Part shown: positions 12,265 to 22,634 of the stretch, piece after piece | Position numbering within the stretch: position 1 is the stretch's first letter | Layout of the letters: every line of letters starts with the position of its first letter | NCBI GenBank assembly: GCA_977017645.1 | Contig: OZ360238.1 | Location: 1,488,001 to 1,552,000 of the forward strand | DNA length: 64,000 nucleotides | DNA from: Torpedo marmorata | Lineage: Eukaryota | Direction of reading: 5' to 3' | Translations under genes and position numbers: made by a program | Notes under the pieces: model-generated | Database searches by the model: none | What the model was told of the DNA's origin: nothing | What the model saw: the letters and a program-made list of their open reading frames with translations, nothing else

Positions 12265-13137
12265 GCCTGATCACGGAGCAAATGGCGGCGCTGCCGGGGC
12301 CACTGTAGCGGCAGCGCTGCCGCTGGTGCGGACCCGCAGGGAGCGAGGGAGCGGAGATGCAGCGCTCCCGCGGGGTCCAGCCGCCCAGTCGACGGCCGTA
12401 GGTTCCGCACGGGCTTTGAATGGCCCGTTAAAGGAGCCGACGGTGGTTTTATTTGAGATCCCGCGACCGCGGGGTCTGCGCCCAAGATGGCAGCACCTTT
12501 TAATCGGCAGCAGCCACGAGGGGCTGCAGACTCCGGGGAAGTGGGGGACTGGAGCAGGGCACCAGAGGACAGGAAGATCAACCCCCGTCTGAGAAGGAGA
12601 AGCGGAGGAGATGACCCATGGGACGGTGACCACAGTGGCGGACCAGTGAGGGGCTCTGAGGCTGAAGGACCAGTGCATGCAGCGGGCTGCTGGCGACTCG
12701 AGGCGAGGAACCCGCGGAGGCTGTGGGCTGCTGGAGACTGCTGTCGGGGGACTCACGCCGGGCTGCGGACTGCTGGAGGCTGGCTCAAACTGGCTGGAGG
12801 AGTACCAGCTATCGGAACCGGGATGCGAGGGGGTGCCAAGGGCGCCCTGACCGTGTTGGAGGTTCAGATCTGGAGCTCGGGTTGCCGATGGTTTGGACTG
12901 GACTCTGTGTGGCTGCGGAGGCTGCGGAAGCGCTGGAGGCGAATCTACGGACACTCGGTGACTCTGGGGGGACTCTCTTTTGCTTCTCTTTCTCTGACTG
13001 TAAGGAATGTTAGAGGCGCTTAGGCAATTTCTGCCGGTGGCGAATCTGTCTGCCTTGCAGCAGGCAAAAAGAAATTTCATGGAATATGACACTGTCTTAT
13101 TACTATGACAATAAATTGAATCGTGAATCTTGAATCT
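12265..13137 (+). mobile_element. GC-rich non-autonomous retroposon (family X), longest copy
   Basis: TCTGC TSD (12260-12264 and 13138-13142), tail CAATAAA(TTGAATC)n, five further copies in the window. Confidence 0.85.
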
Positions 13138-13479
13138 TCTGCACGACAGCACCATGCTCCCGCTGCACTGCAACAAACTCCCTTACGACAGTACCACACT
13201 CCTGCACCCCATAGCCAGTATGATTCTCCGCACCACAGCAGAATGACTTCATGCAACATTCAGACGAGGCACCTTCTTCCTCCTCCTTCCTCCAGCCGCT
13301 GGAGTGATGTGACTTTTGCAAATGGTTCTTGGTGTTTTGTTTATTTGCACTGTTGTAAATAGTTATACGCAGTTGAAATAAATGTTTTTATTTTCATTTA
13401 CGTGTCTCCTGTTCACTACAATTCTCTGACAAGTGCAATATACATTTACTAAAAGTTGTCATTTACCAGCTTAAATTGC

Positions 13480-15075
13480 TTACAGAAGGGACATAATTGC
13501 GTCACGGATCGCCTGGTGACTGTGTGCTTGTGCACCCTGATCAGACTGCTCAGGGATATCGAGTAGATCAGTGTTCCACTCAGGCAAGAAGTGTTCCTTG
13601 TTGATCTCAGGGAGATCGGGTAGATCAGTGTTCCACTCTGGCAAGAAGTGTTCCTTGTTGATCTCAGGGAGATCGGGTACATCAGTGTTCCACTCAGGCA
13701 AGAAGTGTTCCTTGTTGATCTCACATATATTGTGTAGAACACAACAGGCAACAACAATGTCCGATACAAAAGTGGTACAAATATCAAGTCGCTTGGCCAG
13801 GCACCACCAGCGACCTTTGAGATGTCCGAAAGCATTTTCCACCACCATCCTTGCTGAGCTCTAATGGAAGTTAAAGCTACGCTGCCGTTGATCGAGTGTG
13901 TGGTGGTTAGTGAACCCCTTCATCAACCACTTCCTGAGGGGGTAAGATGGGTCTCCGATTAGATGCACGGGGATTTCCACTCCGTTAACAGTTTTGGATT
14001 TCTGTGGGCAGAGCAAGGTAGATGTATAAGTACTTTATGCAACCTCTGAGATCACAAACAATCAGTTAACTAATGTTTTCTAGTGGCCGTTTTACATTAA
14101 CAGGATTGAACCTGACCCTTCGACATCATGAATCTCATTTGAAGTCGACTTAGTCAGCCATTCATTGAATTTAAACATATAAACATTTCACTGTCATTGT
14201 ATCCTATATGGTTACATGTGACAAAAAACACGTTTGATTGATTGTCTGATCCACACATAAACTACTGTACAGTGGGGTATATAAACGTACTTCACTTGGG
14301 AAGAGGTACCCGCCTTGATCCTCGGCCTTTCTGTAGATGGGCGAGTTGGCTAAAACTCGAGCATCGTGGGTGTGACCAGGCCAACCCACATACACATCTG
14401 TGAAGCTGGAACAACAAAATGTCTGTGTTTAGATAGACATATGAAACACATTAATTGATAAAGACAAATAATTGTAACTCAGGGCATGATCCTTATCAGT
14501 AGTTGTGGTCTACAACAGCCTGAAGAACAATGGAGTGCCAGCCTTTCCGATTGTAGTAGGCTAATGGGACCTCATGGGAATATGTGTACCATCAATGGCA
14601 CCAGCATACATTGGATACCCTCGTTCTGCAAATCCGTCCATTGTCTCCTGAAGTCGTGCACCACTCGGCAGGTAAACAAAACGTTTAAATAGGGCCCTCT
14701 TAAATGTTCCAGTAACTTGGTGTACCAACACACACAAAGTGACCACACCGACACCAAAAATACAATTTATGGATCAGTATTCTCTCTCCTCCACATCTTT
14801 CTATCCGAGAGCAGCGTGAATTGACTCACAAGAATGAAACGTCTCTGTCTACGTTGTCTTAAGGTCTGCGCGCTTTTCTGCATCAAACATCTGTCTGCTC
14901 CTCTTCAAATTCTCCTTCAATGTATTTCTGATCGCACGAATACGTTGCTCGCACTAATTCTGCGTCCATCTGCGCATCATGAAGTCGTGTATGATGCACA
15001 GGAAATTAGCCTGCACTCGAAGAGTGGTATACATGTTCACGGCTAGTACCATAAGCACATCAAGATCTACTGCCA
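13480..15075 (-). pseudogene. Harbinger (HARBI1-like, DDE_Tnp_4) transposase, spliced, disrupted
   Basis: GAIDGTHIP, YYNRKGWHSIVLQAVVD, GWPGHTHDARVL, LIGDPSYPL and [13 protein letters not shown] motifs; exons 14291-14405 and 13480-14001 bounded by GT/AG. Confidence 0.9.
13555..13722 (-). repeat. 57-bp tandem triplication in transposase C-terminus
   Basis: [14 protein letters not shown](V/L)PDLP three times; unit starts at 13568, 13625, 13682. Confidence 0.95.
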
Positions 15076-16644
15076 TTTTTGTTTTGAAGGATATGTCCGA
15101 CGCGCATGTTATACATCACACTAGGCGCCGATGCAGTAGAGTTACACATCCCGCCTCTTTTGCTCACGCAATGCCGCCTTGTAAAAAGACACAATGACCT
15201 GGAAAAATGCAGGCTTTGCTCGTTTCAGTGTAAACGACCAAAGCCGGCTTAATGGCGGGTCTTCCTTACGGAAATATCGCGGAATTTCTGTGTAAAAAAA
15301 AAAACAAAAAAAAACTGTTTACTTGTGTTGAGGTAAAAGAATTTGCCAGCATTAGTAAAAATGTAGGAAGAAAGGGGCTGACTGGAGCAACTGTCCCGTG
15401 TATTGAGCAAGAGGGAAAATGAGCAATTATTAAAATGAAAACTGAAAGAAATTTTCCTTCTAATTTGTTGGTTTTATAAACTCCTCCAGTTGACCAGAGA
15501 AATGCTTATTATTCTGATTCATGATTTAAGTTCCTTTGTAATACAAAATATTCTTCTCTAACAATTACAGTTGGATTCCAAAATAGTTGGAAGTATTAGA
15601 GCAGTTGCAGAGGATTTATGCATTCCAGGTGTGTTTGCAAATGGGAAATTAAGCAGATTTTAATCATGGGAATTGCATTTTTTAATAGTACTTTGTGAAT
15701 AATAAAATTCCTTTACCGTTGTGGATTTATCTTCGAGCTGGTACAGGACAAGCTTTTGTTTTGTAATTTATTTTTACTATTGTTACGTGCACTGTTCTGA
15801 TTGAGTAATTATTTAGCAATGTCCTGTGTGATGAATTTATAAGGAAAGCCTAATTTGAGCTCGAGATGATGGCTGCTATCACCATCCTGAATCACAATAG
15901 CTTCTAATTTAATGCACACTGGGCAAGTAAGTTGCTGCACAACTGACAGATTAGAGGTACTAACTGTGCGTTGTGGGCATCCAACTCATTCAATCACATT
16001 ATTAATGTGCGCTGTCAGTACTGGAGGTATTAGTTACAGTCATGCAGTAACGCCTATTGCCATCAATTCCACCTCAAATCTCAATCGCCATGTGTAATTT
16101 GGAGTTATAATACTCCATGCAAACCATTTTGAATGAAGCGTTGAACAATAGTCCTTCTTGGTTTATTCTAACACAGTATGCTGGGCACACACACTGTCTT
16201 CCCAAACATCAGATTGTTATCACAGTGGTGCAATTAACAGTGTGACAGTGACTGTCACAATTGGAGCGAGATGGCCACCTGGAAGCTGAAGGTTCCGATT
16301 ACAGTGTCAGAGCAGTGAGAAATGAACAAAGCACTGATGCTTGGCAAGCTCACTGGCTGAGATAAAGGGGTTACAACAAACAACAAAACAAAGATGCACG
16401 TCTAAAAAATAGATTCATTCACGCTGGTTCTTCGTGCAGAAATTACATATCAAAGCTTTTAAATTGAGTTGGATCCTCATCAATTCTTGGTGAAATCATG
16501 CCTGACGAGAAATTGGACTGAGCAGCTCTGCACAGCTCAGCATCAGACGTGTTTCTATTCCCCATTGTGACTTTGCTATTGACACAATGGCCACTCCTGC
16601 CCTTGTCAGTAGGAATTGAAACTCCTGGATATGACTCATGACTG

Positions 16645-17930
16645 TTCTTTTTTAAAAAATATTTTATTTAAAATTTTAAATCACACAATACACTGTATAA
16701 AATGCAAAATTATTAAAATACATGTGATATATTTTCTCCCCCCCAGCCTCCCTCCCCACCCTAACCCTCCCACCTCTACTAATCTATAAAATAGAAAATA
16801 AAGAATGAAAAAGATATAAGGAGAATGTCAATCTGAAAAAAAGAACAACTATAAACTAATTTTATTGTGGAAAATAGGATCACCAGTCAGATCTGATATC
16901 CAGAGATCTTCAAATCCTTAAACCAACCGTTTTTATATATGGGCTCCATGTTTTCAAAAAGAAATGATATTTATTACGTAAATTGTAAGTAATTTTTTCA
17001 AGTGGTATACACGAACGAAGTTCTGCATGCCACCTTTCTAAACCTCAGTCTACATCAGATTTCCAAGTAATAGCAATACATTTCTTAGAAACAGCTAAAG
17101 CAATTTGCAAAAATTCTATTTGATACATATTTAATTTCATCTTGGTACTAATTCTTTTAATATCTCCAAATAAAAATATCATAGGATCCATTGGGAGTAT
17201 AATTCTTAATACTTTATCTAAAAACTTCTTAACTTTCAACCAAAAATCATATATCTTTGGACAAAGCCATGTAGAATGTATAAAATAACCTTCCTCTCTA
17301 TTACATCTAAAACATAAACCAGATAGTGTCGGATTAAATTTCTTTAATTTTTTAGGTGCTAAATATAATTGATGGAAAAAATTATATTGCACTAGTCTAT
17401 ATCTGACATTAATAATGTTAGTCATACTTAATTTACATACCGGTAATTCTTTCCAATGTTCTTCATCTATTATTACATTCAAATCTGATTCCCATTTTAA
17501 TCTTGATTTGTGAATTCCTACTTTAGGCATTTTTCTCTGTAATAATCTATACATTTGAGAAATAAATTTATTTACACCTCCATTAGTAACTAATAATTCC
17601 AGTTCACTTTGTCTTGATAAAGTCAAACTATAACCCAACCTTTCAACTAAGAATGCTCTGATTTGATAATAAGCAAAAAATGTATTATTTAATACATTAA
17701 ACTTATCTTTCATTCTTTGAAAAGTAATAAATTTACCAGCTTCAAAACAATCATTTATTTTCTTAATTCCCTTTTGAAACTAAATTTTAAATAATTGATT
17801 ATCGACAGTAAATGGAATAAGTTTATTTTGGTATAAAGGCATTCTTCGCGAAATTAACCCTTTCCCTCCTATCTCCTTATCCACTCTATTCCATATTTCT
17901 AACAAATGTTTAAAAATACTCATGACTGTT
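16645..17930 (-). mobile_element. L1-clade LINE, 5'-truncated (ORF2 C-terminus and 3' UTR)
   Basis: ORF 17045-17713 with CFRC...H..W.C zinc finger; A-rich tail at 16645; highly similar to 35503-37790. Confidence 0.9.
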
Positions 17931-18030
17931 CTTGCAAATTTAAGTTCTTGGGAGTCACTATCTTGGAGGTTCTTTCCTGGACCCAACACACTAATGGCAT
18001 CGTGAAGAAAGTACGTCAGCGCCTCTACTT

Positions 18031-18349
18031 GGATAAGATGAAGGAGGAGATCCTGAAGAGGGACTACCGTGAGCTCGGAAGGAGGTTAAGAAGCAGGACC
18101 TCCAGGATTGTAATCTCAGGGCTGCTACCTGTGCTGTGCGTGGGTGGGGGCAAAAATAATAAAATCAGGAGGTTAAATGTGTGGCTGAAGGAATGGTGCA
18201 GAGTGCAGGGATTCAGGTTCATAGACCATTGGGATCTCTTCTGGGGGAGACAAGACCTCTACAGGAGGGATGGTTTACACCTGAATACAAAGGGGGCCAA
18301 TATACTGGCAGTTACGTTTAATAATGCTGTTGGATTTGATTTAAACTAA
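18031..18349 (+). pseudogene. CR1 ORF1 C-terminal SGNH/GDSL esterase-like domain
   Basis: IVISGLLP...LNVWLKEWC...FIDHW...DGLHLN.KG. Confidence 0.8.
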
Positions 18350-18396
18350 TTTGGCAGGGGGAAGGGAACAGGACTGATAGGGAAGCAGATAGGAGA

Positions 18397-21357
18397 GTGA
18401 ATATAGGGGTGGTTCCGATAGACGGTGAAACCATAAGGAAAAAGGGAACTAAAAGTGATAGGAGAGTAGGGGCAAGTGCATCAGGAACAAAGGTGGAGGA
18501 AGAAGGGAGATATGGTATCAAGGTATTGTATATGATGAATGCACGGAGTGTAAGGAATAAAATGGATGAGCTTGAGGCGCAAATGGCAATGGGAGGTTAT
18601 AACATTATCGGAGTTACGGAGACATGGCTGCAGGAGGGACAGGATTGGGAAATAAATGTTCCAGGGTACAGGTCCTATAGAAAGGACAGAAAGTTAGGAA
18701 GAGGTGGTGGGGTAGCTCTGTTGGTAAGTAATGAAGTTCAGGCGTTTGAAAGGAAAGATATTGAAACAGGTGGGGTAGAGTCTGTTTGGATAGAATTAAG
18801 AAATTGCAAAGGCATGAAGACCATAATGGGGGTCATTTACAGGCCTCCGAAAAGTAGCTCAGATATAGGAAGTAGTATAAATCAGGAATTAAGAGTGGCA
18901 TGTCAAAGTGGTAGCAATACGGTAGTTATGGGGAACTTCAACATGAAGGTGGACTGGGAAAATCAGACGGGGGCAGGAAAACAAGAGAGTGAGTTTATAG
19001 AATGTCTACGAGAGACATTCATGGAGCAGCTAGTGGAGAAACCTACCAGAGGGAAGTCGATTCTGGACTTGGTGCTGTGCAGCGACGCAGAGTTAATTAG
19101 TGACCTTGAAGTAGGGGTGCCATTAGGGAATAGTGACCATGGTATGGTTACTTTTGATCTGCAATTGGAAAGGGAAAAAGAAAGGAAGTCGGAAGCATCT
19201 ATACTGCAGTTAAATAAAGGGGATTATGCAGCTATGAGGGATGAGCTAGCCAAAATAAAATGGAAAGATACACTAGCTGGGAGGACAACTGGGGAAAAAT
19301 GGCAGGTATTTTTGGACATGTTTCACAGGATTCAGGACAAATTCATTCCAAAGTGGAGGAAAGGCTCAAGGAGATGCAAATGGCAGCCGTGGCTAACTAA
19401 TGAAATCAAGGGCATTATCAAGTCCAAAGGGAGTAAGTATAAGATAGCGAAGCAGAGTGGGAAGCTAGAGGATTGGGAAACCTTCAAAGAACATCAGAGG
19501 GTAACTAAGAAAGTCATACGAGAGGGGAAAATGAAGTACGAGAGGAAATTAGCAAGTAATATAATAGAGGATAGCAAAAGCTTTTTTAAATATGTGAAGA
19601 GGAAGAAATTGGTTCGGTCTAAAATTGGTCCATTAAGAATGGAAAAGGGTGGAATTATTACTGGAAACAAGGAAATGGCTGAGGAATTTAACAAGTACTT
19701 TGCATCTGTCTTCACCAAGGAGGATATAGGTTATGGTCAGTTAGGGGGTAGTGGTCATGCAGTATCAAGAGACTTGGGGAACTTTCCTGGGGAAGTAGGG
19801 AATCTGATAGATATTCGGATCCAGAAGCAGGAGGTTGTGAGTAAATTGTTGGGACTGAGGGCTGATAAATCCCCAGGGCCTGATGGGCTGCATCCCAGGG
19901 TGCTTAAAGAGGTTGCTCTGGAAATTGTGGAGGCACTGGTCGACATTTTCCAAAGCTCCATAGATTCGGGGGAGGTCCCTGTGGATTGGAGAGTGGCTGA
20001 TGTGGTGCCGCTTTTTAAGAAGGGAGGGAGGGAGAAAACGGGAAATTATAGACCGGTCAGCCTGACGTCAGTGGTGGGGAAGATATTGGAATCTATCATA
20101 AAAGGAGTAATAGCAGAACACTTAGGCAGAAATAATAGTATAAGGGCTAGTCAGCATGGATTCCTTAAGGGTAAGTCATGCTTGACTAACCTTCTGGAAT
20201 TTTTCGAAGATGTGACAAAAAGGGTGGACTTGGGAGAGCCAGTGGATGTGGTGTATTTGGACTTCCAGAAGGCCTTTGATAAGGTACCACACGGGAGACT
20301 AGTGGGCAAGATCAGGGAGCATGGTATTGAAGGTAAGGTGCTGACATGGATAGGAAGTTGGTTAAGAAATAGGAAACAAAGGGTTGGGGTAAGCGGGTCT
20401 TTTTCAGGATGGCAGGATGTGACGAGTGGAGTGCCGCAGGGATCGGTGTTGGGTCCTCAGTTGTTTGTCATTTATGTAAATGATTTGGATGATGGGATTA
20501 TTAATAACACGAGCAAATTTGCAAATGACACTAAACTGGGTGGCGGTGTAAAGTGTGAAGAGGATGTCAGGAAAATGCAGAGGGACTTGGACAGGTTGGG
20601 GGAGTGGGCTGAAGAATGGAAGATGAAGTTCAATGTGAGCAAATGTGAGGTTATCCATTTTGGGGGCAGTAATAGGAAAGCTGAGTATTATTTAAATGGA
20701 GACAAGCTAGGGAGTGGGGAAGTGCAAATGGATCTGGGTATACTTGTTCACTGGTCACTGAAGGCTAACATGCAGGTTCAGAAAGCTGTGAAGAAGGCAA
20801 ATGGCATGTTGGCTTTCATAAAGAGGGGATTGGAGTATAGGAGCAGAGTCGCCCTTCTGCAGTTGTACAGGGCCCTGGTGAGACCCCACCTGGAGTATTG
20901 CGTCCAGTTCTGGTCTCCAAATTTGAGGAAGGACATACTAGCTATAGAGGGTGTGCAGCGCAGATTTACAAGGTTAGTTCCAGGGATGGCAGGGTTGACA
21001 TATGCTGAAAGGTTAGAAAAACTGGACTTATATCCGATGGAGTTTAGAAGGATGAGGGGGGACATGATTGAGGTATACAAAATTATCAAGGGGATAGACA
21101 GGGTGAAGTCAGATTACTTGTTCCCAATGATGGGAGAGACGAGGACTAGAGGGCATAGTTTAAGAATACGGGGAAGGCCCTTTAGGACGGAGATGAGGAA
21201 AAATTTTTTTACCCAGAGAAGTGTGAATCTGTGGAATGCTCTGCCACAGAGGGTGGTAGAGGCAGATTCGCTGATTATGTTCAAAAGAGAGTTAGATAAG
21301 ACTCTAGTGGGCAGAGGAGTTAAGGGTTATGGGGATAAGGCTGGTAAGGGGTACTGA
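18397..21357 (+). CDS. CR1 ORF2 (AP endonuclease plus reverse transcriptase), open but probably inactive
   Basis: 986 aa; NARS, VTETW, SDH, YRPVSLTS, YLDFQKAFD, GVPQGSVLGP; GDFN changed to GNFN and FADD changed to FAND. Confidence 0.9.
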   Translation: MNIGVVPIDGETIRKKGTKSDRRVGASASGTKVEEEGRYGIKVLYMMNARSVRNKMDELEAQMAMGGYNIIGVTETWLQEGQDWEINVPGYRSYRKDRKLGRGGGVALLVSNEVQAFERKDIETGGVESVWIELRNCKGMKTIMGVIYRPPKSSSDIGSSINQELRVACQSGSNTVVMGNFNMKVDWENQTGAGKQESEFIECLRETFMEQLVEKPTRGKSILDLVLCSDAELISDLEVGVPLGNSDHGMVTFDLQLEREKERKSEASILQLNKGDYAAMRDELAKIKWKDTLAGRTTGEKWQVFLDMFHRIQDKFIPKWRKGSRRCKWQPWLTNEIKGIIKSKGSKYKIAKQSGKLEDWETFKEHQRVTKKVIREGKMKYERKLASNIIEDSKSFFKYVKRKKLVRSKIGPLRMEKGGIITGNKEMAEEFNKYFASVFTKEDIGYGQLGGSGHAVSRDLGNFPGEVGNLIDIRIQKQEVVSKLLGLRADKSPGPDGLHPRVLKEVALEIVEALVDIFQSSIDSGEVPVDWRVADVVPLFKKGGREKTGNYRPVSLTSVVGKILESIIKGVIAEHLGRNNSIRASQHGFLKGKSCLTNLLEFFEDVTKRVDLGEPVDVVYLDFQKAFDKVPHGRLVGKIREHGIEGKVLTWIGSWLRNRKQRVGVSGSFSGWQDVTSGVPQGSVLGPQLFVIYVNDLDDGIINNTSKFANDTKLGGGVKCEEDVRKMQRDLDRLGEWAEEWKMKFNVSKCEVIHFGGSNRKAEYYLNGDKLGSGEVQMDLGILVHWSLKANMQVQKAVKKANGMLAFIKRGLEYRSRVALLQLYRALVRPHLEYCVQFWSPNLRKDILAIEGVQRRFTRLVPGMAGLTYAERLEKLDLYPMEFRRMRGDMIEVYKIIKGIDRVKSDYLFPMMGETRTRGHSLRIRGRPFRTEMRKNFFTQRSVNLWNALPQRVVEADSLIMFKRELDKTLVGRGVKGYGDKAGKGY

Positions 21358-22210
21358 TAGTAGTGATCAGCCATGATCTATAAAATGGCGGTGCTGGCTC
21401 GACGGGCCGAAGGGCCTACTCCAGCTCCTATTGTCTACTTCCTCAGGAGTTTGGGGAGGTTTGGTATGACATCGGAAACCCTGGCAAATTTCTACAGAGG
21501 TGTGGTGGAAAGTGTGCTGACCGGCTGCATCACGGTCTGGTATGGGGGCACCAATACCCCTGAGTTGGAAAGCCCTGCAAAAGGTCGTGGACATAGCCCA
21601 GGACATCACAGGCAAAACCCTCCCCACCATCGAGAACATCCACAGGGAACGCTGCCGTTGGAGGGCAGCAGCAATCATCAAGGATCCACACCACCCAGCA
21701 CATTATCTGTTCTCTCAGGAAAGAGGACTAGGTGCCACAAGACTCGCACCACCAGGTTCAGGAACACCGAGCCTCCACCATCAGACACCTCAACAATAAA
21801 CTCAATCAGAGACTCATTTAAGGATTCTTACTTTTGCACTTTATTGATTTTTTTCTCTCTGTAGTGCAGTTTATTTACATTTCTTTATTTGTTCACATGT
21901 ATATGTATCTTCTTGAGTCCAGTTTTTTGCACTACCGATATGTGGTAATTTGCCTCGCCCACAGGAAAAAGAATCTCAGGGTTGTATGTGATGTCAAGTA
22001 TGTACTCTGACAATAAATCTGAACTTTGAACAGTGTATCCAGGACCACTTTGTTTAATTTAAGTCTATTAAAGGGGAAGTCTACTTGCATCAGAAAATCA
22101 AACTGAGTAATTCCTGAATGAACTACAGGTTGCTGAAACATCTTCCAGTTCAGTATCTTACAACTATGTTCCCTTTCATTTACCTGTGGATGTACTAATT
22201 CAGTGCATGT

Positions 22211-22345
22211 AAACAAGGAATCTGCAGATGCTGGAGAACGAAAACAATGCATAAATGTACTGGAGGAACTCAGCAGGTTACACAGCATCCATTCAAAAGC
22301 GATAGGCAGTTGATGTTTTGAACCTCAGCCCTTCATCAGGATGTC
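22211..22345 (-). mobile_element. Penelope-like terminal relic
   Basis: TCTGCAGATGCTGG...CTGGAGGAACTCAGC is similar to 49565-49630; minus strand CTGATGAAGGG motif. Confidence 0.6.
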
Positions 22346-22634
22346 AAAATTGGAGCATTCGCCCAAGTAACAAGGCTGGTGGGTGGGTGGGGGGGAGGGG
22401 GGGAATGAAAAGGGGAAGGTACGTGAGAGGGGGAAGGGAGCAGAGGGGTGAGAAAGATGTTCTCTGTTAGGAGAAAAGAAGGGAAGGGAGTGGGGAGCTG
22501 GATGGAGGAAGGGAGAGGTGGGTGATAGGCAGGGGAAAGAGCAAGGTCGGGTGATTTCTGTTCCCAAGCATTCCCCACTATTACGTGCTCCCAGTTAATT
22601 TTCATTTGAGTGTGACTGTCACTTTAAGAGAACA

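Larger units (their letters stand above)
11272..13306 (+). pseudogene. Harbinger Myb/SANT (trihelix) DNA-binding protein; intron 11700-11810; frameshift, stop and an inserted retroposon
   Basis: MSANWGDAEIRELLTIRAE...KLKCLRKKYHQV...DWPYFDLC; GT..AG intron; NLS-like PKKKQR and coiled coil in exon 2. Confidence 0.8.
10971..15300. mobile_element. PIF/Harbinger DNA transposon with convergent Myb-like and transposase genes, decayed
   Basis: Inverted termini TTTTTACACAG (10974-10984) and CTGTGTAAAAA (15288-15298); TTA immediately left; two convergent genes typical of the superfamily. Confidence 0.85.
18031..21433 (+). mobile_element. CR1 LINE, 5'-truncated within ORF1
   Basis: TCTACTT duplicated at 18024-18030 and 21434-21440; ORF1 esterase end followed by complete ORF2. 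Confidence 0.92.
17935..22030 (+). mobile_element. Rex1/Babar LINE 3' fragment, split by the CR1 insertion (pieces 17935-18030 and 21434-22030)
   Basis: FKFLGVTI...VKKVRQRLY|FLRSLGRFGM...YRGVVESVLTGCITVWYG; tail CAATAAATCTGAACTTTGAA. Confidence 0.85.

Noticed and set aside
12233-13176. Long overlapping ORFs (up to 301 aa) in family X
   Set aside because: GC-rich sequence has few stops; no domain motifs, and frames are not preserved in the copy at 37791-38565.
13555-13722. CRISPR-like regular repeats (also 11930-12120 and 1675-1900)
   Set aside because: Head-to-tail coding repeats without unique spacers, in a eukaryotic context with no cas genes.
13480-15075. Domesticated host HARBI1 gene
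   Set aside because: In-frame stops, deletions, TIRs and a linked Myb gene indicate a dead transposon.
22378-22550. G-rich purine tract (G-quadruplex or triplex potential)
   Set aside because: Low-complexity sequence next to the Penelope relic, as also seen at 49820-49895; no independent evidence of function.
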